32,000 nt of DNA from an uncultured Methanosarcinales archaeon (GTDB taxonomy: Archaea; Nanobdellota; Nanobdellia; Woesearchaeales; CAYMBN01). A program made the position numbers and the translations under genes. The DNA lies in assembly GCA_964388715.1 (NCBI GenBank), contig CAYMBN010000002.1, positions 31,441 through 63,440 of the forward strand, in the 5' to 3' direction. Positions 1-8,262 of the stretch are shown piece by piece (position 1 is the stretch's first letter; the number at the start of each line of letters is the position of its first letter). The notes beneath the pieces are model-generated. The model was given only the letters and a program-made list of their open reading frames with translations, ran no database searches and had not been told where the DNA came from.

Positions 1-675
1 TTCAGGTGTCCATGTAAATTCGGCTCTTTCAAAATCATCTGCGAAAAGGAATAGGCTTTTATTTTGTTGATTTACAATATTACCTTCAGAATTGGTTATG
101 TATAATCTAACATCTGTTAAAGCAGAGAAATGTTCTTTTTTGTAATCTTCTGGGATATAATTTACCCATGTGTTTACCAAGGAAAAAGTAGAATGTGTAT
201 CAGCATCAAGGCTTGTATTAACTCCTATTTTCAAAGGATTGTTTGGTTTTACATCATTTAATACTGCAAAATTTTCAATCATTGAACTACAGTTTTCTTT
301 TTTATCAAATTCAATTGCAAAAGGATATATTGTTCCTGCTTCTTCTCCTCCATGTAATGTTGCATTATAACCTTTTGGAAGGTAACCTTGTCTTACAAAA
401 TATATTGCATAACCAAACTCTGACTTTAATTCAGTTGGTAAGATTAATGTTAGTTGGTTGGTTTCATCAGAATTTGCTTCATCAAAATAAAGTGTTTCAT
501 CAACTTGATTACAATCTTGATCTAAGCAAGCATATACTCTTCCTTGGACATTATTTAGTGGGAGATCAGTTAAACTATCTGTTGCTGTAACAGTTAAATT
601 AACCTGAGCTAGAACTATTTGTGTACATAAAACTATAAAAATACTTAATAATATAAACAACTTTTTTTTGTTCAT
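1..675 (-). CDS. secreted protein of unknown function (3' end cut by window edge)
   Basis: My own minus-strand translation starts at ATG 675..673 and reads MNKKKLFILLSIFIVLCTQIVLAQVNLTVTATDS..., a signal-peptide-like N-terminus. The frame stays open to position 1. A GGGGG Shine-Dalgarno-like run lies about 10 nt upstream. It is absent from the ORF track because it runs off the window. Confidence 0.7.
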   Translation of the reverse strand, partial: MNKKKLFILLSIFIVLCTQIVLAQVNLTVTATDSLTDLPLNNVQGRVYACLDQDCNQVDETLYFDEANSDETNQLTLILPTELKSEFGYAIYFVRQGYLPKGYNATLHGGEEAGTIYPFAIEFDKKENCSSMIENFAVLNDVKPNNPLKIGVNTSLDADTHSTFSLVNTWVNYIPEDYKKEHFSALTDVRLYITNSEGNIVNQQNKSLFLFADDFERAEFTWTPE

Positions 676-718
676 GATCTAAAACCCCCTGTGAAATTAT
701 TTGATTATGATTTGATAA

Positions 719-1726
719 TTATTGGATTAAATTTCCACCATCTATTCCGCCTGAAACTACTTTACTAACAATGTCTGAAATTGGACCTCCACCACCACTT
801 CCTATTAGTGCTCCAATTGCACTACCTACAAATCCTGCTATGCGAGCTTGTTGTTTCCCTCTTCTAGCTATTTTGTCTAACATATAATCAATTTCCCATT
901 CTAGATTTTTAAGAGCTTCAATAACATATTTTGGTTTACTAGAGTTTAGCTTAATCTGAAGATCCTTTAAGCTCGTTTTTAATCTTTTATGTTTACCATA
1001 TCTTGGTGCGATATTATATCTATCTTGAAGATAATCTACATTTATTTTCTTTACATTTTCATTATATTTGAGCAATGAGTTAATAATTGAATTGTATAAT
1101 GTTGTTAAAGCACTGAAAGCATATTTTTTTCTTGCTTGATCTTTATTTTGTTTTAAATCTTCTATAATTTGATTACCAATTTTCTTGATATTAGTAGAGT
1201 TATTCAGTTCAAGTGTGATGCCATCTGGCATTTCATAAGAGAATCCTTTTAAATCATCATTTCTTTTTGAGTCATCTTTCCCTATCAAATCGTTATAAAT
1301 AACATCAATTGCACTTCCTCCCCATTGTTTACCACGTGAAAAATATCTTAATCTACCAAGAATACTACTTAAATCATATTCATTATGTTTATTCATTTCT
1401 TCTCTTGAGAAAAGGTCAGAAATGTCTTTGTGTAATTTTGTATTATTTGTCCAGTATCTTAATATTTTTGATTTAGGAATGGATTTAGTTCCTTTTTTAG
1501 TCTTTTTTGGAATTGTAATTTTTTTTGGGTTAATGTGATTTAATGTTAATTCAGAATAGATTGTTCGAGAACTTTGATCTTTGTCTTCATGTCTATAACT
1601 TAAAGAAGGATGAGTAAAACAATTGCCAGCAGTAGTGTTTACTAGGTTTGTAAGAACTTGTGCAGGAGTATAACTACCAGCACTGTGTTGTCCTGGAACA
1701 TAATTGTCTATAACAAAACCCCCCAT
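719..1726 (-). CDS. hypothetical protein with C-terminal glycine-zipper hydrophobic tail
   Basis: 335-aa ORF with GAGGT about 8 nt upstream of the ATG. There is no signal peptide and I recognise no family motif. The C-terminus is IAGFVGSAIGALIGSGGGG..., with repeated GxxxG spacing. Confidence 0.6.
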   Translation of the reverse strand: MGGFVIDNYVPGQHSAGSYTPAQVLTNLVNTTAGNCFTHPSLSYRHEDKDQSSRTIYSELTLNHINPKKITIPKKTKKGTKSIPKSKILRYWTNNTKLHKDISDLFSREEMNKHNEYDLSSILGRLRYFSRGKQWGGSAIDVIYNDLIGKDDSKRNDDLKGFSYEMPDGITLELNNSTNIKKIGNQIIEDLKQNKDQARKKYAFSALTTLYNSIINSLLKYNENVKKINVDYLQDRYNIAPRYGKHKRLKTSLKDLQIKLNSSKPKYVIEALKNLEWEIDYMLDKIARRGKQQARIAGFVGSAIGALIGSGGGGPISDIVSKVVSGGIDGGNLIQ

Positions 1727-1911
1727 TTAAAATACCTCAATCTAATTTTTTAATAATTACAAACTCACCTTTTTTCGTCACTCTTTTTTTACGAAATAAG
1801 GTGCTAAAAGAAATAACACCTTTTTACTTCTTATAAAAAGATTAACTTATATTTAAATGTTTAGTCTCTGTTACTATGTTTGAATAGAAAATTTGAATAA
1901 GAAAAAAAGAA

Positions 1912-2055
1912 TGGGGACGTTGGGATTCGAACCCAAATCCGCTGGTATCTTCATCAGAGCAAATGTCTGACATACCATTTTATTAATCATCGGCATTTTG
2001 CCTCATTGCTCCAAAACTGGAGCCAGCTATTCTAGCCAGGTTATACTACGTCCCC
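1912..2055 (-). tRNA. tRNA-Trp (anticodon CCA) with a 70-nt intron at 37/38
   Basis: Hand fold of the minus strand. Acceptor GGGGACG/CGUCCCC plus discriminator A. Anticodon stem GCUGG/CCAGC and loop CU-CCA-G[intron]A. T arm UUGGG-UUCGAAU-CCCAA. Exons are 2055..2017 and 1946..1912. CCA is not encoded. The D stem has one mismatch. Confidence 0.85.
1947..2016 (-). ncRNA. tRNA-Trp intron, candidate box C/D-like methylation guide
   Basis: Box-like motifs are CUGAUGA (1957..1951), AUGAUUA (1990..1984), AUGA (2006..2003) and CAGA (1969..1966). There are 6-7 nt complementarities to tRNA positions 31-37 and to the intron/3'-exon junction. See the finding for details. Confidence 0.35.
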
Positions 2056-2123
2056 GCTATGGTGTTTAAAAAACATTAGTTATATAAATAGGTTTTGGCT
2101 ATTAGTTCTCTAGGTGGATAATT

Positions 2124-3836
2124 ATGAGAATTATTAAAAAAAAGATGGTTAAAGCAAATCTTAATGATTATAATAAGACTTATAAAAGATTTAAGTGGAA
2201 AGATGTTTATAATGAGATTGAATGGTTTGGTAAAAATAAGTTGAATATAGCTCATAATGTGATTGATAGACATTCTAAAACATGGAGAAAGAATAAAGTT
2301 GCTCTTTGTTGGGAAGGTTATTCTGGGGAAACTAAAAAATATACCTTTTTTGAACTTAAAAAACTTACAAATCAATTTGCTAATGTGTTGAAAAAGTATA
2401 AAATAAAAAAAGGAGATAGAATTTTTATTTTTTTACCAAGGATACCTGAACTTTATATCTCTTTTATAGGAATTCTAAAAATGGGTGGAATCGCAGCTAC
2501 ACTATTTGCTGCATTTGGTCCTGCTGCACTTAAAGATAGGTTAAAAGATAGTGGAGCAAAAGTTATAATTACAAATTCTCAATTAAAAAAGAGAATCTAT
2601 AAAATAAAAAAAGATCTGCCTGAGTTAAAACATGTTATTGTTGTTGATAAACCTAATAAAAAAGGTGAGATTGATTATCAAAAAGAAATGGAAAAAGCAT
2701 TAAGTAATTTTAATGTAAAAGAAATGAAACTTGATGATTATGCATTTATGCTTTATACTTCTGGGACAACAGGTAAACCAAAAGGTGTTGTTCATACTCA
2801 TAGAGCTGTGTTACAAGAACATATTAGTGCAAAGTGGGTTTTAGATATAAGAGATAATGATACTTATTGGTGTACTGCTGATCCTGGTTGGGTTACTGGG
2901 ATTGCTTATGGAATTATAGGTTCATGGTCAAATGGTGTTACTTCAATTGTTTATGAAGGTAGGTTTAGCCCTGAAAAATGGTATTCTATTATTGAAAAGT
3001 ATAAGGTTAATATTTGGTATACAGCACCAACTGCGATTAGAATGTTAATGAAAGCAGGTAATAGTTTAGTAAAAAAATATGATTTAAGTAGTCTAAGACA
3101 TTTGTGTAGTGTTGGTGAACCATTGAATCCTGAAGCAATTAAGTGGGGATTAAAGGTTTTTAAGTTAGGTTTTCATGATAATTGGTGGCAAACTGAGACA
3201 GGTAGTATCTTGATTGCGAATTATTCTTGTTTAAATATTAAAATTGGGTCAATGGGTAAACCTTTTCCAGGTGTTAGGGCAGCAATAGTTGATAAAGGTT
3301 TTAATGAACTTGGACCAGGTAAGATGGGAAATCTTGCAATAAAACCTGGTTGGCCTTCAATGATGAAAGTGATATGGAAGAATAAGAAAAGGTATAAAAG
3401 TTATTTTAAAAAATCTTGGTATATTACTGGAGATAAAGCTTATAAGGATAAGGATGGTTATTTTTGGTTTGTAGGTAGGGGTGATGATGTTATTAAGACT
3501 TCTGGTGAGCGTGTAGGGCCATTTGAAGTTGAGAGTGCATTGGTTGAACATCCTGCAATTGTTGAAGCAGGTGTTATTGGTAAACCTGATTCTTTAAGAG
3601 GAGAAATAATTAAAGCATTTGTTATACTTGGAAAAGGTTATAAAGCTTCTGATAAGCTTAAGAAAGATATTCAACATTTTGTTAAAAGACATTTAGCTGG
3701 TCATGAATATCCACGTGAAATAAAATTTGTATCTTCTTTACCTAAAACAAGAAGTGGTAAGATTATGAGAAGATTACTAAAGGCAAGGGAGTTAAATCTT
3801 CCAACAGGAGATACTTCAACTTTGGAGGAATATTAG
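2124..3836 (+). CDS. acs: AMP-forming acetyl-/acyl-CoA synthetase (ACS family)
   Basis: 570 aa. AMP-binding signature YTSGTTGKPKGV, ACS-like N-terminus (NIAHNVIDRH) and C-terminal SGKIMRR motif. AGGTGG lies 5 nt upstream of the ATG. Confidence 0.85.
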   Translation: MRIIKKKMVKANLNDYNKTYKRFKWKDVYNEIEWFGKNKLNIAHNVIDRHSKTWRKNKVALCWEGYSGETKKYTFFELKKLTNQFANVLKKYKIKKGDRIFIFLPRIPELYISFIGILKMGGIAATLFAAFGPAALKDRLKDSGAKVIITNSQLKKRIYKIKKDLPELKHVIVVDKPNKKGEIDYQKEMEKALSNFNVKEMKLDDYAFMLYTSGTTGKPKGVVHTHRAVLQEHISAKWVLDIRDNDTYWCTADPGWVTGIAYGIIGSWSNGVTSIVYEGRFSPEKWYSIIEKYKVNIWYTAPTAIRMLMKAGNSLVKKYDLSSLRHLCSVGEPLNPEAIKWGLKVFKLGFHDNWWQTETGSILIANYSCLNIKIGSMGKPFPGVRAAIVDKGFNELGPGKMGNLAIKPGWPSMMKVIWKNKKRYKSYFKKSWYITGDKAYKDKDGYFWFVGRGDDVIKTSGERVGPFEVESALVEHPAIVEAGVIGKPDSLRGEIIKAFVILGKGYKASDKLKKDIQHFVKRHLAGHEYPREIKFVSSLPKTRSGKIMRRLLKARELNLPTGDTSTLEEY

Positions 3837-3838
3837 GA

Positions 3839-5194
3839 ATGAATCTTAATCATTTTTTTAATGCAAAAACAATAGCAATTATTGGTGCTTCTCGTGACCA
3901 AAATAAAGTTGGTCATGTTATATTTAGAAATTTTATTGATAATAAATATGATGGAAAGGTATATCCTATAAATCCTCATGCTGATCATATTTTAGGGCAT
4001 AAATGTTATAAATCAATATTAAATATCAAAGATACTATTGATCTTGTTGTTATTGCTGTTCCTTATAAATTTGTTTTAGATGTAATAAAAGAATGTGGAA
4101 AAAAGCATGTTAAAAATGTTATTATGGTGACTGCTGGTTTTAGAGAAGTTGGTAATGTTAAGTTAACTGAGAAACTAGAAAAGTTATTACAAAAATATAA
4201 AATTAAAGTTATTGGACCAAATTGTCTTGGTACTTTTAATGCATATTCAAAATTAGATACTTTATTTTTGCCACATTATAAATTACAAAGACCTAAGGAA
4301 GGTGATATTTCTTTTATTTCACAGAGTGGAGCTGTTGGTTCTGCTATATTGGATCTTGCATCAAAAGAAGGATATGGTTTTGCAAAATTTATTAGTTATG
4401 GTAATGCAATTAGTGTTGATGAATCTGATATTATAAAATATCTTAATGATGACAAAGAGACAGGTGTAATTTGTGCTTATATTGAAACTATTAAAAATGG
4501 AAAGAAATTTATAGAAGTGTGTAAAAAAGCAACTAAGCCGATAATTATTATGAAAGGTGGAATTACTAACGAAGGTGGTAAAGCTACTCTCTCACATACT
4601 GGTTCTTTAGCTGGTTTAGGAGCAATTTATGAAGGTGTTTTTAAACAATGTAATGTAATACATGCTTGTAGTTTAGAAGAAATGTTTAATTTTGCTTGTA
4701 TATTAGAAAAGTCAATTAAACCTAAAGGGAAAAGGGTTCAAATTATTACTAATGGAGGGGGCTATGGGGTTTTGAGTACAGATGCAGTAGTGGAAAATGG
4801 TTTATCAATGGCAAAGTTAGGCAAGGTGACAATATCTAAATTAAAAAAACAATTTCCACCAATAGTTATTGTAAATAATCCTATGGATTTGATCGGTGAT
4901 GCTACAACAAAAAGGTATAAAACTGCAATTGAAGCATGTTTTGATGATGATAATGTTGATATTTTGCTTGTTGTATTGTTGTATCAAACTCCGTTATTAA
5001 CAACAGATATTGTTGATGTTATTTCTGAGTTTAATTCAATGCATAAAAAACCAATAATTGTAGCTTCAACAGGGGGAGAGTTTACAGAACTTTTAAAAAA
5101 ATCATTGGAAAGTAATCGTGTTCCTTGTTATACTTTTCCAGAAAATGCTGTTAAAGCAATAAAAAGGTTAGTTGAGTTTTATAATCTTGATTAG
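3839..5194 (+). CDS. acdA: acetate--CoA ligase (ADP-forming) alpha subunit (CoA-binding plus succinyl-CoA-synthetase-like domains)
   Basis: 451 aa. The N-terminal IAIIGASRDQNKVG CoA-binding Rossmann motif is followed by the SQSGA and GHTGSLAG-like (LSHTGSLAG) phosphohistidine loop. Confidence 0.8.
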   Translation: MNLNHFFNAKTIAIIGASRDQNKVGHVIFRNFIDNKYDGKVYPINPHADHILGHKCYKSILNIKDTIDLVVIAVPYKFVLDVIKECGKKHVKNVIMVTAGFREVGNVKLTEKLEKLLQKYKIKVIGPNCLGTFNAYSKLDTLFLPHYKLQRPKEGDISFISQSGAVGSAILDLASKEGYGFAKFISYGNAISVDESDIIKYLNDDKETGVICAYIETIKNGKKFIEVCKKATKPIIIMKGGITNEGGKATLSHTGSLAGLGAIYEGVFKQCNVIHACSLEEMFNFACILEKSIKPKGKRVQIITNGGGYGVLSTDAVVENGLSMAKLGKVTISKLKKQFPPIVIVNNPMDLIGDATTKRYKTAIEACFDDDNVDILLVVLLYQTPLLTTDIVDVISEFNSMHKKPIIVASTGGEFTELLKKSLESNRVPCYTFPENAVKAIKRLVEFYNLD

Positions 5195-6477
5195 GATAAT
5201 TCTATAATAAAAAGGCCTATTAAGGCAATTGGAATAATATATCTTAATAGGTATATTACAAAAAATGGAACTTTTGTTTTAACATTTTTGTTTATTTCTT
5301 GTAAAAGTGTTTTTGGTTTAAATGACCATGCAAAAACTAAACATATAATTAATGCTGATAAAGGAGTAAACAAAGAACCAAATAAATAATCCATTATATC
5401 AAGGAAAGGTTTTCCTAAAACAGTTAAATTGACACCAGCATAGCTTAGTGCAGAAGGTAAACCTACTAAAATAAGGAATATTGAAATTGCAATAGTTGAT
5501 TTGTTTCTTTTAAATTTAAAATCGTCAATAAATGTTGTAACACCAATTTCAATCATTGATAATATTGATGTGAGAGCACCAATGAAAAGAAGTAGGAAAA
5601 ATATTGCACCAAATAATTGACCTAGAAACATTGTTCCAAATATCTGTGGAAGTGTAATAAAGGCTAGTTCAACTCCTGCAGCAGGGTTGGATCCAAATGC
5701 AAAAACAATAGGAAATATAACAAAGCCAGCAAGTAATGCTACAAAAGTGTCTGCTGTTGCTATTTCAATAACTGACACAGGAACATTTTCTTTCTTTTTT
5801 GCATAACTTCCAAATGTTAAGAAAATTCCTGTTCCTGCTGATAGAGAAAAAAATGCTTGACCAATTGCTAGTAACCAAATTCTTGGATTTTTTAATAAAG
5901 GTAAATTGGGTGTAAGATAAAATTTAACTCCTTCAATTGCATTTGGTAATGTTAGAGCTCTTAGTAAAAGTACCATCAAGAGAACTATTAATAAAGGTAA
6001 TAAGTATTTACATGTATTCTCAATACCTTTTTTAATACCTTTATGTATAATTATTGCTCCAATTATTAATGTAATCACAAAAAAAATAATTGGTGAAGAT
6101 GAAGAGGTAAACATATTAAAATTAGGAAATTTTACAAATGAAAATACAAAATATGCAAGTGTCCATCCTGCAATAACAAGATAATAACTTAAGACTAATA
6201 AAACAGTTAATATTGGAATTAAACCAAGATATTTTAATTTTGGATTTGCTTTTTTAAAACAGGTTAAAACAGAACCTTGATATTTTCTTCCTATAGATAA
6301 TTCAAGAAGCATGATAGGTAATCCAAAGAAAATAACTCCAATTAAATATGGGATAAGAAATGCTCCTCCACCATTTTCTCCAACAAGATAAGAAAATCTC
6401 CAAATATTACCAAGACCAATAGCAGAACCAATGCTAGCTAATATTAATCCAAACTTTGACCAATGTTCACGTCTCAT
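5191..6477 (-). CDS. sodium-dependent transporter, NSS/SNF family
   Basis: 428 aa, polytopic. The N-terminus W-SKFGLILASIGSAIGLGNIWRFSYLVGENGGGAFLIPY is the hallmark NSS TM1 motif. Confidence 0.85.
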   Translation of the reverse strand: MRREHWSKFGLILASIGSAIGLGNIWRFSYLVGENGGGAFLIPYLIGVIFFGLPIMLLELSIGRKYQGSVLTCFKKANPKLKYLGLIPILTVLLVLSYYLVIAGWTLAYFVFSFVKFPNFNMFTSSSSPIIFFVITLIIGAIIIHKGIKKGIENTCKYLLPLLIVLLMVLLLRALTLPNAIEGVKFYLTPNLPLLKNPRIWLLAIGQAFFSLSAGTGIFLTFGSYAKKKENVPVSVIEIATADTFVALLAGFVIFPIVFAFGSNPAAGVELAFITLPQIFGTMFLGQLFGAIFFLLLFIGALTSILSMIEIGVTTFIDDFKFKRNKSTIAISIFLILVGLPSALSYAGVNLTVLGKPFLDIMDYLFGSLFTPLSALIICLVFAWSFKPKTLLQEINKNVKTKVPFFVIYLLRYIIPIALIGLFIIELS

Positions 6478-6562
6478 AATTACCTCTTTTTAATTAGTAT
6501 AGTTGTATGCTTATTTAAATATTATGGAAAGGTTTATATAATTTGGTTCAATTAAAACCAGT

Positions 6563-7192
6563 ATGAAAATCCTTACAGAAGTTAAGGCTGAAAAACTTAT
6601 TTCAAAGTATTTACCTATTGCAAAGAGTGTTCTTGTTAAGAATTTTAAACAAGTTGAGAAGGTTAAGATTAAATTTCCTTTGGTTTTAAAAATAATTTCA
6701 CAAAAAGCTTTACATAAGACAGAATTAAAGGCAATAAGGGTTGTGAAGCAGGAAGAAGATTTGGAAAAAGAGTTTAATGAATTACTTAAATTAAATAAAA
6801 AGAAAAGGCTAAATATGGATGGTATTTTGGTTCAAGAGTTTGTTGAAGGAAAAGAGATAATTGTTGGACTCAAGAAGGATATGACTTTTGGGCATGTTAT
6901 TATGCTTGGTTTAGGTGGAATATTTGTTGAGTTGCTTAAGGATGTTACATTTAGGGCTTGTCCAATTACAAAGGAGGATTCTCAGAGTATGATTAATGAT
7001 TTAAAAGGTAATAAGATTTTATTTGGTTTTAGAGGAGAAAAAGGAGTTAATATTGAATTACTTAAGGAGCTTCTTGTTAAAACTTCAAAGATTCCATTAA
7101 AGAATCAAAAGATAGCTGAGCTTGATATTAATCCTCTTATAATTAATGATAAAAAAGCACTTGTCGTTGATGCAAGGATTGTTCTAGAATGA
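6563..7192 (+). CDS. acdB: acetate--CoA ligase (ADP-forming) beta subunit (ATP-grasp)
   Basis: 209 aa ATP-grasp-like protein (VLKIISQKALHKTE..., VQEFV.G.E..VG). Size and context fit the ACD beta subunit. Confidence 0.7.
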   Translation: MKILTEVKAEKLISKYLPIAKSVLVKNFKQVEKVKIKFPLVLKIISQKALHKTELKAIRVVKQEEDLEKEFNELLKLNKKKRLNMDGILVQEFVEGKEIIVGLKKDMTFGHVIMLGLGGIFVELLKDVTFRACPITKEDSQSMINDLKGNKILFGFRGEKGVNIELLKELLVKTSKIPLKNQKIAELDINPLIINDKKALVVDARIVLE

Positions 7193-8262
7193 TAAAATTA
7201 GATGGAAGTTATTTAGAAGGTGGGGGTCAGATTGTAAGAACAGCTTTAGCTTTATCTGTTTTGACTGGCAAGGCTTTTGAAGTGAACGATATTAGGAAGG
7301 GTAGATCAAAACCAGGGTTAAAAGCACAACACCTTCATTGTATTAAAGCATTGAAAGAATTGTGTAATGCAGAAACTAATGATGTTAAAATTGGTTCAGA
7401 ATATTTGAGATTTATTCCTGGAAAAATTAAGGTGAAAAATTTAAATATTGATATTGGGACAGCTGGTTCAATTACTTTATTGTTACAATCTTTATTGTTA
7501 CCTTGTTTGTTTGCTGGAAAGGGGATTACTTTAAAGATTAAAGGTGGTACTGATGTTAAATGGTCAATGCCTTTTGATTATTTTAATAATGTTTTTGTTC
7601 CACAGTTGGGAAGATTTTGTGAAGATGTTAATGTGAAGCTATTAAAAAGAGGTTATTATCCAAAAGGAGGAGGATTAGTTGAGGTTAAAATTAAACCAAA
7701 GTTTAGTTTGGATAATGGTTTTGAGGATTTGAAAAGAGATGCGTTGAAGAATAATGTAAAAATAAATCTTTTGGATCAAGGTAAACTTGTTCAAATAAAA
7801 GGTATTTCACATGCTTCTCTTGGTTTGGAGGGTGGTAAGGTTGCAGAAAGACAAACAAAATCTGCTAAATTAAGTTTGTTAAAATTAAAAGTTCCAATTA
7901 ATATACAAACTCATTATTCTGATACTTTATCGACTGGTTCAGGAATTACATTGTGGGCGGGGTTTTTGACAGAAGAAGGAAATAATATTGAAAGTCCTAT
8001 TGTTCTTGGTGTAGATTGTTTAGGTGAAAAAGGTAAAAAAGCAGAATTAGTTGGGAAGGAATGCGCTGAGAAATTGATTAAAGAAATTAATAGTGGTGGT
8101 TGTATTGATAAGAATCTTGCTGATAATCTTATTCCTTTTATGATTTTTGGTGGAGAATTTAAGAGTTCTGAAATTAGTAATCATACTTTAACAAATATTT
8201 ATACTGTAGAATGTTTTCTAGGAAATATATTTGATGTTAAGAAGAATATAATTAAAGTTTAG
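7189..8262 (+). CDS. rtcA: RNA 3'-terminal phosphate cyclase
   Basis: 357 aa. GGGQIVRTALALSVLTGKAFEVNDIRKGRSKPGLKAQHL is the RtcA signature, including the catalytic His region. The start overlaps the acdB stop in an ATGA. Confidence 0.9.
   Translation: MIKLDGSYLEGGGQIVRTALALSVLTGKAFEVNDIRKGRSKPGLKAQHLHCIKALKELCNAETNDVKIGSEYLRFIPGKIKVKNLNIDIGTAGSITLLLQSLLLPCLFAGKGITLKIKGGTDVKWSMPFDYFNNVFVPQLGRFCEDVNVKLLKRGYYPKGGGLVEVKIKPKFSLDNGFEDLKRDALKNNVKINLLDQGKLVQIKGISHASLGLEGGKVAERQTKSAKLSLLKLKVPINIQTHYSDTLSTGSGITLWAGFLTEEGNNIESPIVLGVDCLGEKGKKAELVGKECAEKLIKEINSGGCIDKNLADNLIPFMIFGGEFKSSEISNHTLTNIYTVECFLGNIFDVKKNIIKV

Noticed and set aside
170-590. Two plus-strand ORFs (170..370 and 243..590) in the ORF track.
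   Set aside because: They lie antisense to a longer open minus-strand frame (675..1) with a clear signal peptide and an SD-like run. Their translations are low-complexity L/F/N-rich shadow sequence.
2076-2375. Other short antisense or overlapping ORFs in the track: 2076..2375, 3357..3551, 10248..10448, 11738..11956, 12297..12587, 16839..17039, 17067..17474, 18265..18468, 19235..19480, 20605..20808, 22690..23061, 23130..23315, 26518..26712, 28032..28244, 28786..29169 and 31193..31579.
   Set aside because: Each lies inside, antisense to or out of frame with, a confidently identified conserved gene. Each has a low-complexity translation typical of AT-rich shadow frames.
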